Below the pieces are notes generated by a model. It was given only the letters and a program-made list of their open reading frames with translations, was not told the origin of the DNA and ran no database searches. A stretch of DNA of 64,000 nt from Antedon mediterranea (taxonomy: Eukaryota > Animalia > Echinodermata), in assembly GCF_964355755.1 (NCBI RefSeq), contig NC_092672.1:1-64000 (forward strand), written 5' to 3'. The position numbers and the translations under genes were made by a program. Of the stretch, positions 52,601-61,110 are shown piece by piece (the first letter of the stretch is position 1; each line of letters begins with the position of its first letter).

Positions 52601-55600
52601 ATATGCCCCTAAGCTTCATTTCCATTGGGACTAGCTCCATTCCACGCACACCCCTAAATAAAGAATGCTAAATAATAAATTCCTCTGACAGGTCAACTAA
52701 GCTGTCTTGCCATATACATGCCCCTAAGCTTCATTTCCATTGGGACTAGCTCCATTCCACGCACACCCCTAAATAAAGAATTCTAAATAATAAATTCCTC
52801 AGACAGGTCAACTAAGCTGACTTGCCATATATATGCCCCTAAGCTTCATTTCCATTGGGACTAGCTCCATTCCACGCACACCCCTAAATAAAGAATGCTA
52901 AATAATAAATTCCTCAGACAGGTCAACTAAGCTGTCTTGCCATATACATGCCCCTAAGCTTCATTTCCATTGGGACTAGCTCCATTCCACGCACACCCCT
53001 AAATAAAGAATGCTAAATAATAAATTCCTCTGACAGGTCAACTGAGCTGTCTTGCCAAATACATGCCCCTAAGCTTCATTTCCATTGGGACTAGCTCCAT
53101 TCCACGCACACCCCTAAATAAAGAATTCTAAATAATAAATTCCTCAGACAGGTCAACTAAGCTGTCTTGCCAAATACATGCCCCTAAGCTTCATTTCCAT
53201 TGGGACTAGCTCCATTCCACGCACACCCCTAAATAAAGAATGCTAAATAATAAATTCCTCTGACAGGTCAACTAAGCTGTCTTGCCAAATACATGCCCCT
53301 AAGCTTCATTTCCATTGGGACTAGCTCCATTCCACGCACACCCCTAAATAAAGAATGCTAAATAATAAATTCCTCTGACAGGTCAACTGAGCTGTCTCGC
53401 CAAATACATGCCCCTAACTAAACCGGAAAGCACTCCACTAACACACGTGATTCAATAACCCAAGTAAACTAAAAGTTGTTTACACTGGATTTTTGTATTT
53501 CTGCATCCTGCCTAAACACATTACTCATTATACATTTTTTGTCTCAGAAAGGTGACATACCACTTTTCAACTGTATTCAAGAAATCTTGGAAGTTTTGAA
53601 AAGGAGTTGACTTTCCCCAAAGACCAAGTCGAGTCATATATGCCATGTTTTTTAATTCTGAAGCACCTTTAAGAAATGAAAAAAGAAAACATAAATTGCA
53701 TACTTATTAAACTGTCTAGATGTCTCTGACGTCAGATTTCTAGATGTCTCTGATGTCAGATTTCTAGATGTCTCTGATTTCAGATTTCTAGATGTCTCTG
53801 ATGTCAGATTTCTAGATGTCTCTGATGTCAGATTTCTAGATGTCTCTGATGTCAGATTTCTAGATGTCTCTGATGTAAGATATCTAGATGTCTCTGATGT
53901 CAGATTTCTAGATGTCTCTGATGTAAGATTTCTAGATGTCTCTGATGTCAGATTTCTAGATTTCTAGGATGTCAGCTTTGTTTATCATTTGAAGTTTGAA
54001 TTGGGTTGTACGATTGAGGAAAGTCCTGAACCAAGTGTACAGTGGTTTGCACACCTGCCTTAACAGCCCGTCCACTAGACAGGTTAGGCTACAGATTTTA
54101 TGGTTTGCACACCTGCCTTAACAGCCCGTCCACTAGACAGGTTAGGCTACAGATTTTATGGTTTGCACACCTGCCTTAACAGCCCGTCCACTTGATAGGT
54201 TAGGCTACAGATTGTATGGTTTGCACACCTGCCTTAACAGCCCGTCCACTAGACAGGTTAGGCTACAGATTTTATGGTTTGCACACCTGCCTCAACAGCC
54301 CGTCCACTAGACAGGTTAGGCTACAGATTTTATGGTTTGCACACCTGCCTCAACAGCCCGTCCACTAGACAGGTTAGGCTACAGATTTTATGGTTTGCAC
54401 ACCTGCCCTAACAGCCCGTTCACTAGACAGGTTAGGCTACAGATTTTATGGTTTGCACACCTGCCCCAACAGACCGTCCCCTTGACAGTAGTTCTCCCTG
54501 TTTTCAACTTTGAGATTCAGTTTCATTTTTTTTTAAATATATTTATCTTATAATTGGCTATGACAAGTCAAATAATTTGTATTCATTATTAATATATATT
54601 TTTGAACATACCTGTTGCACTACAATACACTATTCTTGCTTTAGGTAGGCGTTTCTGAAGTTCAATAACCTTGGCTGATGTCTTTGTGGACAAGTTCTTT
54701 GCTTTATGGCACTCATCAAGAATGATCTGAAAGTAGCAGTCAAGGCCGTCGACTTGAAGCAGTCAACAAGAATGTTGATCATGTACAGTAAAACACTATT
54801 TCATTTAATTATATATAGGTGAAAGCCATAGAAAGATAAATATTGCTCTTATAGGCCTTTACAATTATTATTAGTGGTATATATACAAAATAAAAGCTCT
54901 GAAGAATAAAAGTACTGGTCAACCAGTTATTCTAAAGAAATGCTGTTGTTTCATATCTTTTTCTACCCATACACCTTTTGACTGTGACTTTTATTTAAAT
55001 ATTATATAAATACATCATTCGATAAGGATACAGGTCCCTCAAAAAACTCTCCACCACACCATTGAACAAGTTCATTTATTCGACTTTCATTATTTCCTCG
55101 ACTTTCCCTAATTAGTGATGAGTAAGTAGAAAACACAACACCATCCAATATTCCAGATGATTCACCATTTAGGTTACCATACTTAACCTAAGTATATAAA
55201 AGAATAAAGAAACATATAGTGATTCACCATTTAGGTTACCATACTTAACCTAAGTATATAAAAGAATAAAGAAACATATAGTGATTCACCATTTAGGTTA
55301 CCATACTTAACCTAAGTATATAAAAGAATAAAAAAACATATAGTGATTCACCATTTAGGTTACCATACTTAACCTAAGTATATAAAAGAATAAAAAAACA
55401 TATAGTGATTCACCATTTAGGTTACCATACTTAACCTAAGTATATAAAAGAATAAAGAAACATATAGTGATTCACCATTTAGGTTACCATACTTAACCTA
55501 AGTATATAAAAGAATAAAAAAACATATGACTATAGTTTAACCCTTGCATTGTGTATATACCCTTAATAACAGGTATTATCAAATGTTGAACTGCTTGCGT

Positions 55601-57709
55601 ATACCTGGTACCACCGGGTACAGGGTCAATAATTGTTTTAAATTATTACTTTAATTCAAGTTTAGATAATTTTAAATATTTATTTAAAAATGTGTATGCA
55701 TCCTTTATAATTATTCGCACATAATATTTAGTATGATTAAACATTACAGAAAAATGTGTGACCTTGTTGTGGTGACTGACCTTGCTAAGTAGGCATACAG
55801 ATATATCTGGTGCTCCAATATCTCTTAAGTCTCGTTCAGCATCATATTTCAAATCACTAGACACAGAGAACCTATGGAAACAAGTCATACTTCCAATCAA
55901 TAGAATAACCACTACATTATGTTAGCTTTCCATCACTACAATGCATTATACCCAGGTACAGCATGCTTTAAGGGTCAAATTCACCAAACATTGACCTTAC
56001 CATAAAGCTTTCTTGCGACCTCTAAGGTAGTTTTCGTATATAATCCCAGCTGCACTTCTGCCTTTCCCAACACCTACACCATCTCCTGAAATAACATTAT
56101 CGTAAACATATTTAAAGGTATTTGAATGATTAGCTCATGTAGACAAGTAACCCCTAAAATATGATGCAAGGGGCATTTTTGGGTAGAAGCTGGGATCCAC
56201 TTGATTTAGAATATTTGAATGAATAGCTCATGTAGACAAGTAACCCCTAAAATATGATGCAAGGGGCATTTTTGGGTAGAAGCTGGGATCCACTTGATTT
56301 AGAATATTTGAATGATTAGCTCATGTAGACAAGTAACCCCTAAAATATGATGCAAGGGGCATTTTTGGGTAGAAGCTGGGATCCACTTGATTTAGAATAT
56401 TTGAATGATTAGCTCATGTAGACAAGTAACCCCTAAAATATGATGCAAGGGGCATTTTTGGGTAGAAGCTGGGATCCACTTGATTTAGAATATTTGAATG
56501 ATTAGCTCATGTAGACAAGTAACCCCTAAAATATGATGCAAGGGGCATTTTTGGGTAGAAGCTGGGATCCACTTGATTTAGAATATTTGAATGAATAGCT
56601 CATGATTCAAGAATTTTCTGCAAAATTGTCATTATGTTGAAATTATAGACTTTTTTTGGATAAATACAGACACCACTGGATTGGTTAGGTAGGAAAAATG
56701 TGAAACAACCCAGAGATATAGTGACGTTCACTATAATATCTCTATGAACAACCAGAGGGCACTTTTGTAACCAATAAGCTGCCTTCCAAGTCTATACTAT
56801 ACAAATACAAAAAAAGCATACCTATAAGAAAGCCTGCTCTCTCATCTGATGCCAAGAACCTACTGTGTTGTTGACAAGCATAGATAACAACCTCCAATTG
56901 TAATGCAGACAGTTTACCATCTGCAATAACTGAAGGAGGAAAGGCAAGTGTGTAGTCAACATCTGGTGGTTCTACACTTGCAAGTGAGCTTGTTTCTACT
57001 ACAAGATCAGGATGCTTCAAGCCAACATCAGCTGAAATTTAACAAAAAATTTTAACATGAAAGCTTACTACCATGGAAGAGATTGTAATCATTGCTTATA
57101 TCACTGTCCTTCTCTGAACATACATTTAGGCTGCCTACAAAATGCTTAATATAAAAAAAAGAAGATTGTTACATTTGCTAGGTTTGTAGTTGGCAAATGT
57201 ATCTGCTTGGCTCATTTCAGCCTCTCCATCATCTTCATGGTCAACAACTGCATCTTCCTCCTCAATTGACTCTTCTTTGTTAGCCTTTACTTTTTCTTCA
57301 ATTGTTTGAAAATGTTGAATTTCCTACAAAATTTAGTATTTAATTACTACAAACATAATGGAATAATTATATTTTTATGTCCAAAAATAAAAATAATTGA
57401 TTCAGATTCAATGTACTTTAAAATAATTCCTGGAATCGTGATCAAAATGTTATTTCTTAGAATATAATCACAAAGTATTCTAACCTGGTCTAATGAACTA
57501 CTATACATATGGTTGTTTAACTCAGGTAATACTGCTTGCCCCATATTCACCATCTCACTGAACTCAGGTTGATCCACAAGAAAAGCATCAAGTTCTTCCC
57601 ATATGTCCATTTCTGCTGTGTCCCCAGCTCTAACTCTGTCTCCTTCCCGCGTGTAATCAAAATTGTCTGTGTTCATGGCTAGTAGCAGATTGCCACTATT
57701 ATTATGCAT
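21644..57709 (-). CDS. SBNO: Strawberry notch homolog (SBNO1/sno family SF2 helicase-like protein), 25 coding exons, 1479 aa
   Basis: Exons: 57485-57709, 57173-57323, 56822-57031, 56001-56085, 55781-55871, 55032-55187, 54612-54726, 53561-53666, 51468-51621, 50993-51178, 50709-50806, 50248-50549, 49985-50151, 49725-49844, 46067-46202, 45805-45917, 42926-42997, 42643-42733, 42301-42381, 42063-42209, 41623-41717, 39627-39710, 39120-39331, 23378-23571, 21644-22692. All introns are GT-AG and phase-compatible; total 4440 nt. Motifs: [129 protein letters not shown]. Confidence 0.93.
22737..23193. repeat. Intronic tandem duplications: ~85 bp x3 then 99 bp x2
   Basis: Units start at 22737, 22821, 22907 and at 22993, 23092. 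Confidence 0.88.
23378..23571 (-). CDS. SBNO: SBNO exon 24
   Basis: TGNCK...[22 protein letters not shown]...KMQIIRVR; 194 bp, the same length as the paralog exon. Confidence 0.92.
23822..25188. repeat. 80-bp intronic minisatellite, about 17 copies
   Basis: Unit GCCACGCATCACTGGCAC...AAGTGACGCA. Confidence 0.95.
25178..25440 (+). mobile_element. tRNA-derived SINE with L2-like 3' tail
   Basis: A-box-like GTGACGCAGTG, B-box GGTTCAAATCC (25223-25233), core GGTTGTATCATTAGCCAAGACACTTTAC, end GGCACTATATAAAT...(ATT)n. Confidence 0.7.
25478..25970. repeat. 85-bp minisatellite derived from the SBNO exon 23 end and donor, distal part
   Basis: About 6 units; same unit as 37502-39150, separated from it by the LINE insertion. 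Confidence 0.93.
26003..27082. mobile_element. Non-autonomous TIR element (PIF/Harbinger-like MITE)
   Basis: 41-bp perfect TIRs GGCCCTGTTCAGACCCATGGCGTTAGACCGTTTTAGCGTAC; 3-bp TSD AAA; no transposase ORF. Confidence 0.88.
27268..30030 (-). CDS. Uninterrupted APE endonuclease-reverse transcriptase ORF (Rex1/Babar-like), 920 aa
   Basis: [92 protein letters not shown]. Confidence 0.93.
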   Translation of the reverse strand: MQRRSRPSATDTDTLGAQIKNRKRGRRGGLKARLKRRKFSAPLPSILTGNAQSLRNKLDELKACTLYLKDYRDANLICMSETWFTDTDSEFDTNIDGFSCERSDRTLDSGKSIGGCVCVFVNSLWCNNVTVKYRRCTTNYELITVSLRPFYLPREFNNIFVTVVYIHPRADMKVAASDIQTILSELDTESPDAVKLVTGDFNSCDLKKVSNYYQYVDFPTRGDKILDCCYGNIKNAYKSSPKAGLGKSDHKMIHLIPAYKQKLKQSKPMVKEIKVWTNDSMEEFKGCLEATNWDVFMNTDSIDATMETIVEYINFCESSIIKKKEIKIYPNSKPWVTKDIRELLQQKQQAVRNNDVMEKKRIQKLMKKRINDAKRKFGEKIKNDFDSGNPKQAWNGLKKVIGNAKRQNTTIVPSGSRPLDFANKLNIFFNRFDNDDQINNTNDNDVKLNLELNTTKSDVPEFDLLSVEKVFKGVKPNKAAGSDKLTGNILKSCYKQLAPIFCRLFNWSLSSSCVPCMWKYSIIAQINKVPKPKILNDYRPVALTQIFTKCFERLFKDVLIKETLPFVDNNQFAYCSNRGVDDAITTLLHPIYETLDKPRQYVRTLFLDFSSAFNSMKPNILLDKLVSMNVNPFVCLWIRDFLKNRTQRVRIDNVLSDIIVSNTGAPQGCVLSPLLFTLYTSDLRSESCQIVKFADDTCITGLIVNNDESTYRTEVNNIINWCDMNCLSINVNKTKEIVFDFRKIKRQLIPLNIKDNDVRTTSEHKYLGVWIDEKLSWNANTAKVYAKANQRLYFLRKLRNFKIGRDALSLFHQAMIQSILTFCCIVWLNSLSKYNSNKLQRIIKMAKKVIGANVPSIHDICDKVMEKKLKCIINDQSHPLFNFINFSRSGRMIPSIKKTERHNKSFLPCAIRQYNKQFKR
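30420..31199 (+). CDS. LINE ORF1 protein (coiled coil plus RRM, L1 ORF1p/Transposase_22-like)
   Basis: [52 protein letters not shown]. Confidence 0.9.
   Translation: MPRPKTVKGKGKEDEVLIVGDEDSADDVPTDAVLKQLSDIKDQVKFIPSLLENMREIKSSMEFFNKLIEENCVKMKSIEQENKQLKEDNEDLTRRVEKLEKEQDEQNQYSRRENIEIRGISQIANENTEDIALKVLKEIDSSIKKEDIEASHRIGNRDRIDRPIIVKFCSRKKRDQVYNDRKKIRNTTTDMLGYTGKNHIYVNENLTQKKRSLMGKINDIRKTKNYKYLWTYNGRIYVRKQQGSMLIVINSEDDIGKIV
31239..37086 (+). pseudogene. LINE ORF2 (APE 31239-32299, RT 35187-37086) split by an insertion
   Basis: APE: HINIRSL, LSEVW, GDFN, IDH, SDH. RT: [30 protein letters not shown]. Removing 32300-35186 restores one 986-aa frame. Confidence 0.92.
32300..35186 (-). mobile_element. 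Helentron-associated non-autonomous element (HINE/DINE-1-like), tandem dimer of ~1.41 kb units
   Basis: On the minus strand: 5' subTIR TAGGTTATATGC with an adjacent inverted partner (35155-35184), (TTTA)n microsatellite, 3' subTIR, hairpin AATTCGTCA-TAG-TGACGAATT, terminal CTAG-TT; inserted at a TT. Second unit starts near 33712. Confidence 0.75.
37502..39150. repeat. 85-bp minisatellite containing the last 31 nt of SBNO exon 23 and its GTAAGT donor
   Basis: About 19 units; the last unit is the real exon end at 39120. Confidence 0.95.
39711..41633. repeat. 47-bp minisatellite filling the whole of SBNO intron 21
   Basis: About 40 units of ATAGAAACAGACCGCAGTAATAATACCTTATGAAGTTAAAATATGGT. Confidence 0.96.
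42829..42972. repeat. Two-copy duplication of the SBNO exon 17 3' end plus donor
   Basis: 42829-42894 matches 42907-42972. Confidence 0.88.
43365..44030 (-). mobile_element. 5'-truncated Rex1/Babar-like LINE 3' fragment
   Basis: [32 protein letters not shown]; short (ATGACT)n tail. Confidence 0.85.
44591..45642. mobile_element. Non-autonomous TIR element (hAT-like ends)
   Basis: TIRs CAGGCCCGTAGCCAGG and CCTGGCTACGGCCCTG (15/16 match), subterminal CGAACCCCCC motifs, flanking ACAGG duplication. Confidence 0.8.
46448..49695. repeat. 59-bp intronic minisatellite, about 55 copies
   Basis: Unit TAGTAGGAAAAACCCATACATGGCTTATTTGAAGAGAGATTATTGAATGTTAGGCAATC. Confidence 0.97.
51548..53417. repeat. 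115-bp minisatellite made of the SBNO exon 9 acceptor plus its first ~74 coding nt
   Basis: About 16 units, each encoding [24 protein letters not shown] or a close variant. Confidence 0.96.
53715..53965. repeat. 24-bp intronic minisatellite
   Basis: TTTCTAGATGTCTCTGATGTCAGA, about 10 copies. Confidence 0.92.
54043..54490. repeat. 58-bp intronic minisatellite
   Basis: TGGTTTGCACACCTGCC...GGCTACAGATTTTA, about 7.5 copies. Confidence 0.93.
54727..55031 (-). other. U12-type (minor spliceosome) GT-AG intron of SBNO
   Basis: Donor GTATCCTT; branch site CCTTGAC ends 12 nt before the exon; it lies just before the DECH exon. Confidence 0.85.
55159..55527. repeat. 62-bp minisatellite made of the SBNO exon 6 acceptor plus its first 29 coding nt
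   Basis: 6 units including the real exon start at 55187. Confidence 0.94.
56119..56604. repeat. 93-bp intronic minisatellite, about 5 copies
   Basis: Period 93 from 56121. Confidence 0.93.
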
Positions 57710-57886
57710 CTACAATGATAATTACATTTTTTTGCCAGTAATCATACAGTATGTCATTGTCACATTTATTTTTAAATACTTGCCAAATTTTCAAAATTTG
57801 ATTTGAATTATTATAGGTCAATTAACAAATGAATTAATATTTATTTGTTTATTCTTTATATTGGGTAACATCTTCAGTTAAAAAAT

Positions 57887-59750
57887 TGTTCTCCCAGAGG
57901 GTCTATTACAGAAATCACAATGACAGTAACTGTTCTCCCAGAGGGTCAAATACACAAATCACAATGACAGTAACTGTTCTCGCAGGGGGCCCAGTACACA
58001 AATCACAATGACAGTAACTGTTCTCCCAGAGGGCCCACTACACAAATTACAATGACAGTAACTGTTCTCCCAGAGGGTCAAATACACAAATCACAATGAC
58101 AGTAACTGTTCTCGCAGGGGGCCCAGTACACAAATCACAATGACAGTAACTGTTCTCCCAGAGGGCCCACTACACAAATTACAATGACAGTAACTGTTCT
58201 CCCAGAGGGTCAAATACACAAATCACAATGACAGTAACTGTTCTCGCAGGGGGCCCAGTACACAAATCACAATGACAGTAACTGTTCTCCCAGAGGGCCC
58301 ACTACACAAATTACAATGACAGTAACTGTGCCCAGTACACAAATCACAATGACAGTAACTGTTCTCCCAGAGGGTCAAATACAAAAATCACAATGACAGT
58401 AACTGTTCTCGCAGGGGGCCCAGTACACAAATCACAATGACAGTAACTGTTCTCCCAGGGGGCCCAGTACACAAATCACAATGACAGTAACTGTTCTCCC
58501 TACTCAAATCACAATGACAGTAACTGTTCTCCTAGTACTCAAATCACAATGACGGTAACTGTTCTCCCAGTACTCAAATCACAATGACAGTAACTGTTCT
58601 CCCAGTACTCAAATCACAATGACAGTAACTGTTCTCCCTACTCAAATCACAATGACAGTAACTGTTCTCTCAGTACTCAAATCACAATGACAGTAACTGT
58701 TCTCCCTACTCAAATCACAATGACAGTAACTGTTCTCCCTACTCAAATCACAATGACAGTAACTGTTCTCCCTACTCAAATCACAATGACAGTAACTGTT
58801 CTCCCTACTCAAATCACAATGACAGTAACTGTTCTCCCTACTCAAATCACAATGACAGTAACTGTTCTCCCTACTCAAATCACAATGACAGTAACTGTTC
58901 TCCCAGTACTCAAATCACAATGACAGTAACTGTTCTCCCTACTCAAATCACAATGACAGTAACTGTTCTCCCTACTCAAATCACAATGACAGTAACTGTT
59001 CTCCCTACTCAAATCACAATGACAGTAACTGTTCTCCCAGTACTCAAATCACAATGACAGTAACTGTTCTCCCAGTACTCAAATCACAATGACAGTAACT
59101 GTTGTCCCAGTACTCAAATCACAATGGCAGTAACTGTTCTCCCTACTCAAATCACAATGACAGTAACTGTTCTCCCTACTCAAATCACAATGACAGTAAC
59201 TGTTCTCCCAGTACTCAAATCACAATGACAGTAACTGTTCTCCCTACTCAAATCACAATGACAGTAACTGTTCTCCCAGTACTCAAATCACAATGACAGT
59301 AACTGTTCTCCCTACTCAAATCACAATGACAGTAACTGTTCTCCCAGTTCTCAAATCACAATGACAGTAACTGTTCTCCCAGTACTCAAATCACAATGAC
59401 AGTAACTGTTCTCCCTACTCAAATCACAATGACAGTAACTGTTCTCCCAGTACTCAAATCACAATGACAGTAACTGTTCTCCCTACTCAAATCACAATGA
59501 CAGTAACTGTTCTCCCAGTACTCAAATCGCAATGACAGTAACTGTTCTCCCAGTACTCAAATCACAATGACAGTAACTGTTCTCCCAGTACTCAAATCAC
59601 AATGACAGTAACTGTTCTCCCTATACTCAAATCACAATGACAGTAACTGTTCTCCCAGTACTCAAATCACAATGACAGTAACTGTTCTCTCAGTACTCAA
59701 ATCACAATGACAGTAACTGTTCTCCCTACTCAAATCACAATGACAGTAAC
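57887..59750. repeat. 33-41 bp minisatellite in the probable 5' UTR intron
   Basis: Core CAAATCACAATGACAGTAACTGTTCTCCC; 41-bp units in a 3-unit higher-order pattern change to 33/35-bp units. Confidence 0.95.
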
Positions 59751-60739
59751 ATTTAAAAACAATTCAAACAAACCATTGCCAATGATACAAATACAAAATA
59801 AAAACTATAAAACAAAGAAAAAAATACCACCCCACATTCATTAGTATTCCAGATGTGAGTACCCTAAAAATAAATCTTCTTTAATTAAATCAGTTCTAGC
59901 CTTGGGTAATAACCATTAGTAGAACTGAACCTGGTAAATAATTATGAACATCATGAGCTAAATCAAAACTATTTTGGAGAGTAGGGACCCTGCCACTCAA
60001 GCATTTAACAAAAGTAAGCACATGGGTGTCACGTCTGTAACTAAGAAAACACCAACCAAGAGAAGTATGCAAACAAAAACTTAGTACGATGATCCGCCCT
60101 GAGAATAACATGGGCAGCTCCATTCTGCATCTTTTGATGTACAATAATTTCCAATGATACTCCGTAATGCAATGGTTAAACTGGCTCTTTTATACAATAA
60201 TTCATTATTAATGTATTGAATTACAAATGTCAATCAATGTGATGATAATAAAAAGTTTGGCAAGCCATTATTATTCAATATTTCAAACTTTATTGGTTCC
60301 TCATCAGATAACATATTTAGTAAATTACACATCCAATGTACAGTCTATCTATGTCTGTCTATTTTTTTTTATATCAAATAAAAAAAATGGATTTCACTAT
60401 ATAGCCCATCCACCATCAACACAGAAAGTAAGTGTGGCCTAGATTAGTATCGTTAGTGAATGTTTGTGAATGTCCATGGTCGACGTAAATGTTTTATTTA
60501 GCACAAATCATGTTCTAAAAACAGGGTTAATGCTCGGTTAGGGTTTTTATAGATTCTTTTACAGTCTGTCTGTAGTAGACTTATTGGTGCTATAATATAA
60601 TAAATCATCGATGTTGTATTATCATGGATTTTGTACAGTTTATAATTACGTCCCAAACAACAATAAATTAATTGTTAATAAATAAAAAAAATAAAAAATT
60701 ATAAGTAATAAGGCCAAGGCATAACCTAGTCCACCTACA

Positions 60740-61110
60740 GGACAAGTCCTACCAGCCAGGCTAGGCCCTATCCTGTGTCTGTGGTTAGTTGTTGGCCTTG
60801 CCCGACGGACGGAAAAACAGAAATAAACCAGTTTTTCCTTTTAATTTAAGGATGATAATAAAGCATATTATAGGCCTATAATATCTGTCATGATATGAAC
60901 AGGGAGATGTAAAATAATAATCTCCTTGATGAAATAAAAAGTTCTTTCAATTTAACAATGACTACATTCCTTTGAAAATGAGATCATTTCTTTTTCTAGG
61001 CAAATCATTCTGAACCGGAAGTTGCAATACGAATATTCATATGAAGCAACCACCGTGTATAAGGCGATGGAATTGTTGCTCCGAGCCTTCTAAGCCTAGG
61101 CCTAACCCTT
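60740..61110 (-). promoter_or_regulatory. Possible promoter and non-coding first exon of SBNO
   Basis: The ATG at 57709 is directly preceded by an acceptor-like AG, suggesting an upstream exon. ETS-like ACCGGAAGT near 61014, TAGGCCTA motifs, and a candidate donor CTG|GTAGGA near 60752. Confidence 0.3.

Noticed and set aside
53715-53965. 24-bp TCTAGA-containing intronic repeat as a relative of the subtelomeric 24-mer
   Set aside because: Similarity is limited to about 10 bp (TCTAGAYGTC); independent origin is equally likely.
58642-59296. Cys/His-rich repeat ORFs (SRENSYCHCDL, TQITMTVTVLP)
   Set aside because: They are translations of the 33-bp minisatellite.
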